Below are positions 1 through 10,036 of a DNA stretch of 62,006 nucleotides, piece by piece. Origin of the DNA: Alphaproteobacteria bacterium. GTDB taxonomy: Bacteria > Pseudomonadota > Alphaproteobacteria > Rs-D84. Within the stretch, counting starts at the first letter, position 1. Every line of letters begins with the position of its first letter. Both the position numbers and the translations under genes were made by a program. Under the pieces are notes generated by a model. The model did not search any database, had not been told where the DNA came from, and was given only the letters and a program-made list of their open reading frames with translations. Location: the NCBI GenBank assembly GCA_017427715.1, contig JAFRSF010000030.1, positions 1-62,006 of the forward strand. The letters are read 5' to 3'.

Positions 1-20
1 CACACACACACACACACACA
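1..20. repeat. (CA)10 dinucleotide microsatellite at the window edge
   Basis: Bases 1-20 are a perfect cacaca... repeat, directly readable. Confidence 0.95.
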
Positions 21-510
21 ATTAAGGCGTTGCCTAGCATTTTTATTATTCATTATTATTCCATATAATTCTTTTGCGATTGATGCATGCGCACCAAATG
101 ATACAGTGGCGATTGTGTTGGATGCTTCAAGAAAAGGGGGTTCCTATGATAATTCGTGGAGTTCTTCCAAAGTCACGGTTTATATGCCTTTTGGAACAAT
201 ATATGGCGTAGCAGCATGTCTTGATAGTGATTATGGTGTTCAAGGCGATAATAGTGTGTATACGGATAATAATGGTGTATTGATGTATAATGGTAATGTG
301 GTTGTTGGTGGGGAAAATAACGGTTATTACTGTTGGTGTAGAATAACATATCCGATTATGTCTAATTGGATATTTATTGCTGGACCAACATGGTATCTTG
401 AATCATCGCATAGCCCTTGTGCGTGGCGTTGTAGTGCTGATTGTGGGTACCATCTTGGGAATAACTATAGGAATAGACTCGCGTATTTACTTAATCTTGT
501 GCAAAACTAA
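1..510 (+). CDS. 5'-truncated Cys-rich secreted hypothetical protein
   Basis: Frame 1 is open from base 1 to TAA 508-510. The track ORF starts at GTG 106, but the in-frame upstream peptide ...LRRCLAFLLFIIIPYNSFA/IDACAP looks like a signal peptide. The true start therefore probably lies left of the window, and the (CA)n run would encode HTHTHT. The product has many Cys/Trp/Tyr/Gly. Confidence 0.45.
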   Translation, partial: HTHTHTQLRRCLAFLLFIIIPYNSFAIDACAPNDTVAIVLDASRKGGSYDNSWSSSKVTVYMPFGTIYGVAACLDSDYGVQGDNSVYTDNNGVLMYNGNVVVGGENNGYYCWCRITYPIMSNWIFIAGPTWYLESSHSPCAWRCSADCGYHLGNNYRNRLAYLLNLVQN

Positions 511-603
511 AATTATTACCAAATATTATTTTAATTTTTTTGTATTTTTCGCTTGCTTGCGATTCGGAAATTGTTCTATGATGAAGTAAGGAAGGAAAGG
601 AAT

Positions 604-1884
604 ATGCAGCGTTTTTCTGTATCTTTGTTGGGATGTTTAATATGTTTGAATGCTAATGCAGGCGTGGCTTTGCCGGTTGTTGATGTGTCGAACGGAAATG
701 TGTCGGCGCGGGTCGCATTTGGTGAAGAAATTGTACCGCAAAAAACTGTTGCGGTTGCACCGATGCCAAAACAAACGACAAAAAAAGTTGTCGCACGTCG
801 TGCAACAAAAAGTACAAGTAATAAATCTCAGGTTATGGCAAATAATGATATCTTGAAACCACAACGTCCCAGTTCAGATTTGTGGGCGCGAAGTGAAGCG
901 CCTTTGCGTATGCCACGAATGGATGAAATTGCAGTTGTTCGAACAGATGATTTATTACCAGAAGAAAGTTTAGACGTTAAACCTGTAAGGGTTGCAGCGC
1001 GTCCTGTACAAAAAAATATACATGAACAAAGTGCTGAACATGTTTCACAGCAAGAAATGTTGGCGGAATTGAATTCATTGCGTTCTGAAATTAAACGTTT
1101 GGGTGATTTACAACAACAGACATCTGAAAATATTGCACGCGAACGTGCTGTTATCGCAAGACCAGACGTTTTGGATAAGTTTGATGTGCAGTCAGAACCA
1201 AGATTGGTTGAAAATAATAACGGAATAAATGTTCGCCGCGAAATTGTTCCAATGGAATCTAATCGAGATGTTGTTATACGTTCAGTCGCTAAAAATACCG
1301 CAGAACCAACGGTTGCACGGGTCAGTGATATGGCAAAAATGTCACCAAATGAATTAAAGAAAGCGTTCAAGAAAACGTATTTATCTGAAAATAAACATCT
1401 GTCCACTTATCGTGTAGAAGACAAGTTTGACACGGTTAGTGATATGAATATTAGTGCTGAGGGTTTTACTGCACAACGTGATTTGTCTGAATCAAATGGT
1501 GGTGTTCGTCCTTTGGAAATTAAAATATCTTTCTTGAATGGTGATGCAGGTTTGTCACGTGAAAATTATAATTTGTTAAGCGAATATGCATCAATTGCTG
1601 TAAATAATCCAAAACGTGCGATTCAGGTTGCTATACCAGAATCTGTGACACACAACAAAGATGATAGGAAAATGGCTGCAAAACGTTTGGCAATTGTAGA
1701 ACAGGTTTTGCGTGATGCTGGTGTGGCGGATCAACGTATTGTTCCTGTGTTGTCTCAACGTAATGATGATTCTTTTGTGTTGCGTATAATATCTGGCGAT
1801 ATGTTTGAAACTTTGACACAACAAAAACGCAATCAATTTGGTGACAGTGTGTCCAAGAAAACATACAAAAGTATGTCGTGGTAA
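604..1884 (+). CDS. secreted protein with OmpA/MotB-like C-terminal domain
   Basis: ATG 604 follows an SD (aaggaaaggaat). Signal peptide MQRFSVSLLGCLICLNANAG. A low-complexity charged middle region. The C-terminus (RPLEIKISFLNGDAGLS...KRLAIVEQVLRDAGVADQRI) resembles an OmpA_C-type peptidoglycan-binding fold. Confidence 0.55.
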   Translation: MQRFSVSLLGCLICLNANAGVALPVVDVSNGNVSARVAFGEEIVPQKTVAVAPMPKQTTKKVVARRATKSTSNKSQVMANNDILKPQRPSSDLWARSEAPLRMPRMDEIAVVRTDDLLPEESLDVKPVRVAARPVQKNIHEQSAEHVSQQEMLAELNSLRSEIKRLGDLQQQTSENIARERAVIARPDVLDKFDVQSEPRLVENNNGINVRREIVPMESNRDVVIRSVAKNTAEPTVARVSDMAKMSPNELKKAFKKTYLSENKHLSTYRVEDKFDTVSDMNISAEGFTAQRDLSESNGGVRPLEIKISFLNGDAGLSRENYNLLSEYASIAVNNPKRAIQVAIPESVTHNKDDRKMAAKRLAIVEQVLRDAGVADQRIVPVLSQRNDDSFVLRIISGDMFETLTQQKRNQFGDSVSKKTYKSMSW

Positions 1885-2600
1885 AATTATTTAATCAATT
1901 TTTGAATTTTGTTTTTCCACCAATTTGCCCAATATGTGGTGATGCTGTTGAATCACATGGTTCGTTGTGTGCGAAATGTTGGACGGGTTTTAATTGGATA
2001 TCTAATCCAAAATGTTTTAAATGCGGTTATCCGTTTCCGGCGGATTTAGATTTGGGTCAACATCCAATGTGTCCGCATTGTGCGGCTGGTGAAAATGATC
2101 TAGATTTTATCAGATCTGCATGTGTTTATGATGATGTGTCAAAGAATATAATGTTACCATTCAAGCATGCGTCTGCGTTGAAATATCAAACGATAATGTC
2201 ACGTGCGATGATAAATGTTCTGCGTGATTTGAATCTGGATGTAGATATAGTAATGCCTGTGCCGTTAGCTTGGCGCCGTTTATTTAAACGTGGTTATAAT
2301 CAAGCAACACTTCTTGCACGTCCAATTGCGAAACATTTTAATGCTGTTTTGGATGTAGACAGTGTTTCAAGAAAATATAAACCAGATATGGGACATAAAA
2401 ACGCAAAACAAAGACGTGAAAATGTTCGCGGGGTGTTCAAGATTTTAAATCCTGACAAAATTCGTGGCAAAAAGATTTTGTTGGTTGATGATGTTATGAC
2501 ATCTGGTGCAACATTTTATGAATTAAATCGTATTTTACGCAAAGCCGGAGTTTCTGCCGTATACGCAGTTTCGTTTTGTCGTGTTGTGCATACAATCTAG
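1878..2600 (+). CDS. comF: ComF family protein (amidophosphoribosyltransferase-like, competence)
   Basis: N-terminal Cys4 motif CPICGD...CAKCW...CFKCG...CPHC and PRTase motif KILLVDDVMTSGAT. The GTG start overlaps the upstream stop. Confidence 0.85.
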   Translation: MVKLFNQFLNFVFPPICPICGDAVESHGSLCAKCWTGFNWISNPKCFKCGYPFPADLDLGQHPMCPHCAAGENDLDFIRSACVYDDVSKNIMLPFKHASALKYQTIMSRAMINVLRDLNLDVDIVMPVPLAWRRLFKRGYNQATLLARPIAKHFNAVLDVDSVSRKYKPDMGHKNAKQRRENVRGVFKILNPDKIRGKKILLVDDVMTSGATFYELNRILRKAGVSAVYAVSFCRVVHTI

Positions 2601-2959
2601 ACCGCTGTTTTGCAAAGTGATTGTTGTAAAAAACTTGCCATTTCTAATTCATGATTGGTCATAGTTTGGGCGGTTTCTTGTAAATCAATTTTTTCTTTAC
2701 ACACGTTTATAATGTCTATCATATCTTTTTGATCGTTGGTTAATGGTTTGCTGTTTGTTTCGTCCCAACGTACCGCTAGTATAATTTTTTTGTTTATGGA
2801 TATACTGTAATAATTTGTCGCCCAACCGTCGTTAACTGATAATATTTCTTTATGTTGGTTGTCAAAAACAGTGTATTTATCGCCACTGTTCAATCTTTCG
2901 TGATATAGAATGCTGTTGTGAATAATTTCTTTGATAAGCATTTTCAAAACTTTGTTCAT
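2597..2959 (-). CDS. hypothetical protein
   Basis: ORF 2597..3004. The internal ATG 2959 is preceded by an SD (gaaggattaaat). No recognisable motif. Confidence 0.45.
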   Translation of the reverse strand: MNKVLKMLIKEIIHNSILYHERLNSGDKYTVFDNQHKEILSVNDGWATNYYSISINKKIILAVRWDETNSKPLTNDQKDMIDIINVCKEKIDLQETAQTMTNHELEMASFLQQSLCKTAV

Positions 2960-3096
2960 ATTTAATCCTTCGTTTTTATATAAATAATATGCTTTCAGAA
3001 TCAAGTTTTCACTAGGAATCTTTTATTTTTCAATTACTTGATTTTACGATTTTTATCGTGTAAAATCCGTCTGTTTATAAACTATCGAGGCGAATA

Positions 3097-5496
3097 ATGA
3101 ATATAGATTTAGGTAAAAACATAAATACACGCGATTTAGAAACCAAAATTCAAGCATTTTGGGACGGTAATGATTTCTGGGAAAATGATGTCAATTCTGA
3201 TAAAAAATCGTTCTGTGTTATGATGCCACCACCAAATGTTACAGGCAGTTTGCATATGGGGCATGGTATGCCTTGTATTTTGGAAGATATAGTTTGCCGT
3301 TATAAACGTATGGCTGGTTTTGATGTTTTATGGCAGCCAGGAACAGATCACGCAGCGATTATAACCCAATTGTTGGTTGAACGTGATTTGTCAAAGCGTG
3401 GTATAAATCCACATTCTTTGTCTTTGGATGAAAAATTAGATTACGCATGGAAATGGAAAGCAGACAAAGGTGGTGAAATTATTCAACAAATGCATATTTT
3501 GGGGGTAACACCTGCGTGGAAGCGTGAAAGGTTTACGATGGACGAAGGATTGTCAAATGCAGTTGTTAAATTATTTGTTCGTATGTATAACGAAGGTTTG
3601 ATTTATCGTGATAAACGTCTGGTTAATTGGTGTCCAAAACAACAAACATCAGTGTCTGATTTGGAAATTGAAACACGTGAAGAACATGGTAAATTTTATT
3701 ATTTCAATTATCCACTTGTTGGGGGCGACTTTATTGAAATTGCAACAACGCGTCCTGAAACTTTGTTCGGTGATAAAGCAATTGCAATTCATCCAGAAAA
3801 TGAAAAATTGAAACATTTAATTGGGAAAAAAGCAATTATTCCATTAACAGATATTGAAATACCAATTGTGGCTGATGAACATGCCGATCCTGAAAAGGGT
3901 ACTGGTGCGGTAAAAATTACACCTGCACACGATTTTGATGACTATGAAGTTGGTTTGCGTCATAACTTGGAACCGCTTTGTATTTTGACACCAGATGCAA
4001 AATTAAATAATGAATCTGTGATACCAGAAAAATATCGTGGCATGGACAGATATGTTGCACGTAAAGTCATTGTAGAAGATATAGAAGCAGCTGGTTTAAT
4101 GACAAAAATTGAAGACAAAGTTATCCCAACACCGTATTCAGAACGCGGTGGTGTGCCTGTGGAACCAATGTTAACAACGCAATGGTTTGTTGATGCAAAA
4201 ACATTAGCACAACCTGCAATCAAAGCAGTTGAAGAAGGTAAAGTAAAATTTCTACCGGAACACAGATATAATTTGTTTATGGCATGGATGAAAAATATTC
4301 GTCCATGGACGATTTCTCGTCAATTATGGTGGGGACATCGTATACCTGCTTGGTATGACGAAGAAGGCAATGTTTATGTTGCAGAAACAGAAGATGAAGC
4401 AATCAAGCAATCTGGTGGTAAAAAATTAACCCGGGACCCAGATACACTTGATACTTGGTTTTCATCTGGTTTGTGGCCATTTTCAACACTTGGATGGCCA
4501 GAAAATACACCAGAATTGAAAAAATATTATCCAACAGATTACCTTGGAACTGGAGTTGATATTATATTCTTTTGGGTTGCGCGTATGATAATGTTGGGTA
4601 TCTATGTTATGGGTGACGTTCCATTTAAAACTGTTTATTTACATGGATTAGTTACGGATTCCAAGGGACAAAAGATGTCCAAAAGTAAGGGAAATGGCGT
4701 AAACCCATTAGAAGTGATAGATAAATATGGGTCTGATGCTTTCCGTTATTTTATTGCATCTGCACCAATTGGAACAAATATCAGATACAGTGATGATGAA
4801 ATTAAACGTGGTTCAAAATTGTTAACTAAATTGTGGAACGCATCAAAGTATGTGTTAATGAATTTAACTGATTTTGAACCAAATACAGCAAAAGAAATAT
4901 CTGTAAATGAAAGATTTATCGAAGATAGATGGGTATTATCTGAATTAAATAAAACTGTGGCAGAAGTTCGCAAAAATCTTGATAAATATGACACATACAA
5001 TGCGCGTTGTGCGATTGATACATTTTTCTGGGAAATATTCTGTGATAAATATTTGGAATTTATCAAAGACAGATTCTGGTCACCTGAAAAATATAGTGCC
5101 GAATCAAAATTATCAGCACAATGGACGCTGTACACTGTGTTGCGTGCGATAATCGGTTTGTATGCACCGTTTGTTCCGTTTATTACTGAAGAATTGTGGC
5201 AAAAGATTTACAAGCAATTCGAAGGTGGCGAAACATTGCACTTAACACAATATCCAGATGTTCATGACGAATATAACACAGATGTTGAACAAATGAATAT
5301 TGCGCTGGATATTTTGAAAAATGTTCGTGGTATGCGGACTGAGCGCAAAATTGGTAACGGTGCAAAACTTGAAACTTTGACAATACCAAATGATACACCG
5401 GATGTTTTACATGGTTTGATTAAATCTGCGGCACGTGCAAATGAAATTGTGCTGGGTGATGGTTTAGATTTTGTTGTTGCACAAAATGCGCAATAA
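3097..5496 (+). CDS. valS: valine--tRNA ligase, short form lacking the C-terminal coiled coil
   Basis: Class I motifs PPPNVTGSLHMGHG (HIGH) and KMSKSKGN (KMSKS), plus the WWGHRIPAWY block typical of ValRS. Length 799 aa. Confidence 0.93.
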   Translation: MNIDLGKNINTRDLETKIQAFWDGNDFWENDVNSDKKSFCVMMPPPNVTGSLHMGHGMPCILEDIVCRYKRMAGFDVLWQPGTDHAAIITQLLVERDLSKRGINPHSLSLDEKLDYAWKWKADKGGEIIQQMHILGVTPAWKRERFTMDEGLSNAVVKLFVRMYNEGLIYRDKRLVNWCPKQQTSVSDLEIETREEHGKFYYFNYPLVGGDFIEIATTRPETLFGDKAIAIHPENEKLKHLIGKKAIIPLTDIEIPIVADEHADPEKGTGAVKITPAHDFDDYEVGLRHNLEPLCILTPDAKLNNESVIPEKYRGMDRYVARKVIVEDIEAAGLMTKIEDKVIPTPYSERGGVPVEPMLTTQWFVDAKTLAQPAIKAVEEGKVKFLPEHRYNLFMAWMKNIRPWTISRQLWWGHRIPAWYDEEGNVYVAETEDEAIKQSGGKKLTRDPDTLDTWFSSGLWPFSTLGWPENTPELKKYYPTDYLGTGVDIIFFWVARMIMLGIYVMGDVPFKTVYLHGLVTDSKGQKMSKSKGNGVNPLEVIDKYGSDAFRYFIASAPIGTNIRYSDDEIKRGSKLLTKLWNASKYVLMNLTDFEPNTAKEISVNERFIEDRWVLSELNKTVAEVRKNLDKYDTYNARCAIDTFFWEIFCDKYLEFIKDRFWSPEKYSAESKLSAQWTLYTVLRAIIGLYAPFVPFITEELWQKIYKQFEGGETLHLTQYPDVHDEYNTDVEQMNIALDILKNVRGMRTERKIGNGAKLETLTIPNDTPDVLHGLIKSAARANEIVLGDGLDFVVAQNAQ

Positions 5497-5525
5497 AAAA
5501 ACAATCAAGCAAAGGAGGGCGCGAT

Positions 5526-6248
5526 ATGGTTACTAAATTAACGGAAGAACACATATTAAAAACATATCAATGTGACAGGTATGGTTTTATGCGTCCAATT
5601 ACTTTGATGAATGAACTTCAAGGTTTAGCGGGCAAGCATGCAGATATGTTAGGTGCTGGTCGTCAGTATTGTGATGAACATAATGTTGCATGGGTTGTCA
5701 CTCATTATTTTATAGATATTATTGATATGCCTCGTGCAAATGAAAAATTGGTTTATACAACATGGCCGTCTGTGACTGGTGCGTTACGTTCAGAACGTGA
5801 TTTTGAAATTCGTGGTGCGGATGGTTCATTAAAAGTTCGTGCAATCAGTCAATGGGTTTTGATAGATTTAAATACACGGCGTCCAGTCAGAATCAGCGAA
5901 GTTTTACCAAATTGGCATGGATTGGATGAACGTGTTTGGGAACGAGAATTTGGTAAATGTCCAGATTTTGTACCAACCAGAACATGTGCAATGGCATGTC
6001 GCTTTGATGACATAGATGTTAATCAGCATATAAATAATGCTGTTTATGCAATATGGGCAACTGAATCAGTTGGATTTGATTATCGAAACAGACATAAATT
6101 ACGTGGTATGGAAATATATTTTGAACATGAAATAAACCCAACGACCCCTATGGTCAGAATAGAAGTATTGATGGGTGAATTTGAAACTCGTCACAAAATT
6201 ATGACTGATGAAATTGAGCATGCAAAAGTGATTTGTTATTGGGAATAA
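5526..6248 (+). CDS. acyl-ACP thioesterase family protein
   Basis: 240 aa with double hot-dog pattern. Motifs QCDRYGFMRPITLMNELQ... and DIDVNQHINNAVYAIWATES are characteristic of the FatA/B-like acyl-ACP thioesterase family. Confidence 0.75.
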   Translation: MVTKLTEEHILKTYQCDRYGFMRPITLMNELQGLAGKHADMLGAGRQYCDEHNVAWVVTHYFIDIIDMPRANEKLVYTTWPSVTGALRSERDFEIRGADGSLKVRAISQWVLIDLNTRRPVRISEVLPNWHGLDERVWEREFGKCPDFVPTRTCAMACRFDDIDVNQHINNAVYAIWATESVGFDYRNRHKLRGMEIYFEHEINPTTPMVRIEVLMGEFETRHKIMTDEIEHAKVICYWE

Positions 6249-6252
6249 TTCA

Positions 6253-6278
6253 AACCGGCAACCGCCGGTTTTTTTTTT
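6253..6278 (+). terminator. rho-independent terminator of the thioesterase gene
   Basis: aaccggc-aacc-gccggtt hairpin followed by T8. Confidence 0.85.
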
Positions 6279-6294
6279 AAAACACCATAATAAT

Positions 6295-6335
6295 TCTCCC
6301 CTCGGGGGGAGTACCGGCGAAGCCGGGGAGAGAGG
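6295..6335. other. GC-rich twin stem-loop element between two terminators
   Basis: tcccc-TCGG-gggga (UNCG-type loop) followed by ccggc-GAA-gccgg. The outer tctcccc/ggggaga arms are also complementary. The element is strikingly GC-rich in an AT-rich spacer. Confidence 0.5.
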
Positions 6336-6348
6336 TTAATTCAACACT

Positions 6349-6375
6349 AAAAAAATCGCCGTTCGGCGATTTTTT
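6349..6375 (-). terminator. hairpin terminator downstream of rpmH (A-run/T-run on both sides, potentially bidirectional)
   Basis: aaaaaa-atcgcc-gttc-ggcgat-ttttt. It overlaps the rpmH stop codon. Confidence 0.75.
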
Positions 6376-6526
6376 AATTCTTTGCAGATACGGCCAAACG
6401 TTTACGACCGCATGCGCGACGACGGTTTAAAACCTCACGTCCGCCCTTTGTAGCCATCTTTTCACGAAAACCATGTGTTTTTACACGACGAGTTTTAGAT
6501 GGTTGATATGTTCTTTTTGTTGCCAT
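6374..6526 (-). CDS. rpmH: 50S ribosomal protein L34
   Basis: Hand translation of the minus strand gives [50 protein letters not shown] (50 aa). This is a classic L34 sequence and falls below the 60-aa cutoff of the ORF track. Confidence 0.93.
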   Translation of the reverse strand: MATKRTYQPSKTRRVKTHGFREKMATKGGREVLNRRRACGRKRLAVSAKN

Positions 6527-6582
6527 AATTAAATCCTTTTGCCCCTATATTTAATCATACGTTTTATGAAAACGCAACTATT

Positions 6583-6693
6583 TTATTTACTTTTTACCAA
6601 ACCCAGTTTTTTCAGGCCTTCCAGGAACAAATAATATGCAAATATTGCCCCCATCAAACTCCAAAACGGTAAAAAGATGCCAGATGTTTTCAT
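6583..6693 (-). CDS. possible 36-aa hydrophobic small protein upstream of rpmH
   Basis: Hand translation gives MKTSGIFLPFWSLMGAIFAYYLFLEGLKKLGLVKSK*, which has one TM-like segment. It lies between a strong promoter (6721-6748) and rpmH. No clear SD, so it may simply be 5' UTR. Confidence 0.25.
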   Translation of the reverse strand: MKTSGIFLPFWSLMGAIFAYYLFLEGLKKLGLVKSK

Positions 6694-6720
6694 TTTTGTT
6701 CTTTTTTTTATCACCTGGTT

Positions 6721-6748
6721 ATTATAGTGTATATTGTATTTTTGTCAA
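6721..6748 (-). promoter_or_regulatory. sigma70-type promoter TTGACA-16-TATAAT driving the rpmH region
   Basis: The minus strand reads cTTGACAaaaatacaatatacacTATAATa. Both hexamers match consensus exactly. Confidence 0.7.
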
Positions 6749-6865
6749 GTTTAATCATGCTGCTATTCAGAATGTCTTTTTATCGTATTTTTGTTGCTTT
6801 ATTCCTTGACCAAAACACTAATTTTTTGCTATGTTTCTATTATTGAAAAATAGGGGAAAATAAGT

Positions 6866-9634
6866 ATGTCCGAAATAAACGAAATAAATGAAATCAAAGT
6901 ACCTCAATCACCGATTGAACATGAAATGCGAACCAGTTTCTTGGATTATGCGATGTCTGTTATTGTGGATCGTGCATTGCCAGATGTCAGGGATGGTTGT
7001 AAACCTGTACACAGACGTATTTTATACGTTATGAACGAAGTGGCACCTGCAACAAAATCAACTGTGAAATCTGCGCGTATCGTGGGTGATGTTATGGGGC
7101 GTTATCATCCACATGGGGATTCTTCAATTTATGAAGCAATGGCGCGTATGGCACAAGATTTTTCTATGGGGGAAATGTTGGTTCAGGGGCAAGGTAATTT
7201 TGGTTCGCGTGATGGTGATAAACCTGCGGCCATGCGTTACACAGAAGCACGTCTTTCCAAACTTGGTGCATCATTGATGGAAGATTTAGACAAAGATACC
7301 GTTGATTGGCAACCGAACTTTGATGGAACATTACAAGAACCAATTGTTTTACCAACCAAGTTTCCAAATTTTCTGGTAAACGGGGGCAGTGGTATTGCTG
7401 TGGGTATGGCTACAAATGTTCCGACCTATAATTTAGGTGAAGTGTGTAATGGTATATTGGCAATACTTAACAACAAAGATATTTCAGATGACGAATTATT
7501 TGGTATTATACCTGGACCTGATTTTCCAACCGGTGGTGTAATTATGGGACATGCGGGTGCATACAAAGCACACACAACAGGTCGTGGCTCAATCATAGTT
7601 CGTTCAAAAACACATTTTGAAACAATGCACGATCATCCTGTGATAATTGTTGATGAATTACCATATCAGGTTAACAAGTCGCAGTTGATTATAAAAATTG
7701 CTGAAATGGTCAAAGACAAACGCATAGAAGGTATATCTGATATACGTGATGAATCTTCCAAAGAGGGTTTGCGTGTGGTTATTGAATTAAAACGTGATGC
7801 GATACCTGATGTTGTTTTAAATCATTTGTTCCAAGATACAGAAATGCAATCTAATTTTCCTGTGAATATGATGGCATTAAATCGTGGTCGTCCTATGTTG
7901 TTTACTGTACGTACAGTGTTGGATGCATTTATAGAATTTCGCGAAGAAGTTATTCGCCGTAGAACGATATTTGATTTAAACAAAGCACGCAATCGCGCAC
8001 ATACTTTGTTGGGCCTGTCTGTGGCATGCGGTAATTTGGACGAAGTGATTAAGTTAATCAAAGAATCTGCAAATCCAGATGAAGCACGCACTGCGCTGAT
8101 TTCACGTGGTTGGCCTGCATCTGATATTGAATCTTATATTGCTTTGATTGATGACCCAAATACTGAATACAAAGACGGTATGTTTTATATGTCAGAAGAT
8201 CAAGCAAAAGCGATTTTGGAATTGCAGTTGCACAGGTTGACTGGCTTGGAACGTGATAAAATCCATAATGATTTGACTGAATTGGGTGCAATAATCAAAG
8301 ATTTGTTGGCAATATTGGGCAGTCACGAACGTATAGTTCAAATTATTCGTGAAGAAACATCTGCTGTACGTGATAATTGGTCACAACCACGTAGAACAGA
8401 AATATCTGATGCAGAAATCGATATTGATATTGAAGATTTAATTGCACGTGAAGATATGGTTGTGACTGTATCTAATACGGGATATATTAAACGCGTATCT
8501 TTGGATACGTATCGCGCACAAAAACGTGGTGGAAAGGGTCGCAATGCGATGACAACCAAAGAAGACGATTATGTTGTGAATATGTTTGTTGCAAATACAC
8601 ACACGCCATTGTTGTTCTTCTCTTCTACTGGATTGTGCTATAAATTAAAAACTTATAAATTACCGGAAGCATCTGCGGCGGGCAAAGGGCGCCCATTGTT
8701 AAATCTGTTGCCTTTGACGGAAGGTGAAACAATAACTGCAATTTTACCAGTCCCAGAAGACGAAGTAAAACGTGTGGCAGAATCTGGTATTGACCATTTC
8801 TTGATGTTTGCAACAGCATCTGGAACGGTGCGTCGAAATCGAATGTCTGATTTTGATTCAATTCGCGCAAATGGTAAAATTGCTATGAAATTAGACGAAG
8901 GTGATTCTTTGATTTCTGTATTACCATGTAACGAAGAACAAGATGTATTTTTATCAACTTATCGTGGTCGTTGTATAAGATTCCCTGTACCAGAAATTCG
9001 TATTTTTGCAGGTCGTAATTCAACAGGTGTTCGTGGAATATCTTTGCAGAAAGATGATTATGTAATCGGTATGGCTATGTTAAATCATGGTGAATCTGAT
9101 TCTGTGGTTCGTGCTGCATATGTTAAACAAAGCAGGGCTTTGCGCCGCGCACAAACCGGTATTGAAGAGGAAAGTGATGCTGAAGAAGAAAATACAACAT
9201 TGGTGTTAAATGATGAACAAATGGCGAAAATGGCATTATCAGAACAATTTATTTTGACTGTGTCTGAAAATGGGTTTGGAAAACGTACATCTTCTTATGA
9301 ATATCGTTTAACACATCGTGGTGGTAATGGTTTCACGAATATCAAATTGGGTGGTAAAAATACAGCGGTTGCTGGTTCGTTCCCGGTTACCGATGACCAG
9401 GATATTATGATGGTTACAAACGGTGGAAAAATCATCAGAACACCAGTTGGTGATGTTCGTATTGCGGGTCGTTCAACAGCAGGTGTGACGTTGTTCAGAA
9501 CGGCAGAAAATGAAAAAGTTGTATCTGCAATCGCGATTGCCAAAGAAGACGAAGAAGAAATATCTGTTGCTGAAAATACTGATATAGAAAACGTCTATAT
9601 GGCAGAAACTGTCGCGGATGACGAAAACGCATAA
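6866..9634 (+). CDS. gyrA: DNA gyrase subunit A
   Basis: 922 aa. N-terminal GyrA block with [10 protein letters not shown] (catalytic Tyr), [31 protein letters not shown]-terminal pinwheel repeats and an acidic tail. Confidence 0.97.
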   Translation: MSEINEINEIKVPQSPIEHEMRTSFLDYAMSVIVDRALPDVRDGCKPVHRRILYVMNEVAPATKSTVKSARIVGDVMGRYHPHGDSSIYEAMARMAQDFSMGEMLVQGQGNFGSRDGDKPAAMRYTEARLSKLGASLMEDLDKDTVDWQPNFDGTLQEPIVLPTKFPNFLVNGGSGIAVGMATNVPTYNLGEVCNGILAILNNKDISDDELFGIIPGPDFPTGGVIMGHAGAYKAHTTGRGSIIVRSKTHFETMHDHPVIIVDELPYQVNKSQLIIKIAEMVKDKRIEGISDIRDESSKEGLRVVIELKRDAIPDVVLNHLFQDTEMQSNFPVNMMALNRGRPMLFTVRTVLDAFIEFREEVIRRRTIFDLNKARNRAHTLLGLSVACGNLDEVIKLIKESANPDEARTALISRGWPASDIESYIALIDDPNTEYKDGMFYMSEDQAKAILELQLHRLTGLERDKIHNDLTELGAIIKDLLAILGSHERIVQIIREETSAVRDNWSQPRRTEISDAEIDIDIEDLIAREDMVVTVSNTGYIKRVSLDTYRAQKRGGKGRNAMTTKEDDYVVNMFVANTHTPLLFFSSTGLCYKLKTYKLPEASAAGKGRPLLNLLPLTEGETITAILPVPEDEVKRVAESGIDHFLMFATASGTVRRNRMSDFDSIRANGKIAMKLDEGDSLISVLPCNEEQDVFLSTYRGRCIRFPVPEIRIFAGRNSTGVRGISLQKDDYVIGMAMLNHGESDSVVRAAYVKQSRALRRAQTGIEEESDAEEENTTLVLNDEQMAKMALSEQFILTVSENGFGKRTSSYEYRLTHRGGNGFTNIKLGGKNTAVAGSFPVTDDQDIMMVTNGGKIIRTPVGDVRIAGRSTAGVTLFRTAENEKVVSAIAIAKEDEEEISVAENTDIENVYMAETVADDENA

Positions 9635-9657
9635 TAATAAAAAGATAGTGTGCAGAC

Positions 9658-10035
9658 ATGGAAAATAACGGTGAATATTTTGTACCGATAAATGAAGTTG
9701 TAAAACGTCTTGATGTGCCTGCATACACTTTGCGTTATTGGGAAAAACAATTTGCAGGCGCAATTCGTCCGACAACTGGTTCTGGTGGACGGCGTTATTA
9801 TCGTCAAGACACAATTGAAAAATTACAAACGATAAAGTCCTTGTTGTATGACAAAGGTATGACGATAACTGGTGTTAAAAAGATTTTGCATAATGGTTCT
9901 TTTTGTGATGAAATGGCAGAGGTTAAAAACAAAATAGAACCAATGCAAGCAAAACTGCAAATGTCTGTCCAAAATAAAGATGATTTAGAAGAAGCAATAA
10001 CATTATTGCACCAAGCAAAATCATTGTTGGAATAA
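9658..10035 (+). CDS. MerR family transcriptional regulator
   Basis: HTH segment VVKRLDVPAYTLRYWEKQF...GGRRYYRQDTIEKLQTIKSLLYDKGMTITGVKK. Confidence 0.8.
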   Translation: MENNGEYFVPINEVVKRLDVPAYTLRYWEKQFAGAIRPTTGSGGRRYYRQDTIEKLQTIKSLLYDKGMTITGVKKILHNGSFCDEMAEVKNKIEPMQAKLQMSVQNKDDLEEAITLLHQAKSLLE

Positions 10036-10036
10036 A

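Noticed and set aside
828-1406. 192-aa antisense ORF inside the OmpA-like gene. Similar long antisense ORFs lie inside rpoB (52175..52753), RND (23900..24535), virB10 and gyrA.
   Set aside because: Each is fully embedded antisense to a gene with strong homology-type motifs. None has an SD, and their composition is Ser/Cys/Ile/Phe-rich, typical of antisense frames.
6530-6865. Possible replication origin in the AT-rich rpmH-gyrA divergent spacer
   Set aside because: Only one imperfect DnaA-box-like 9-mer (ttatcacct) was seen, with no cluster of boxes or AT-rich 13-mers. Promoters explain the spacer adequately.
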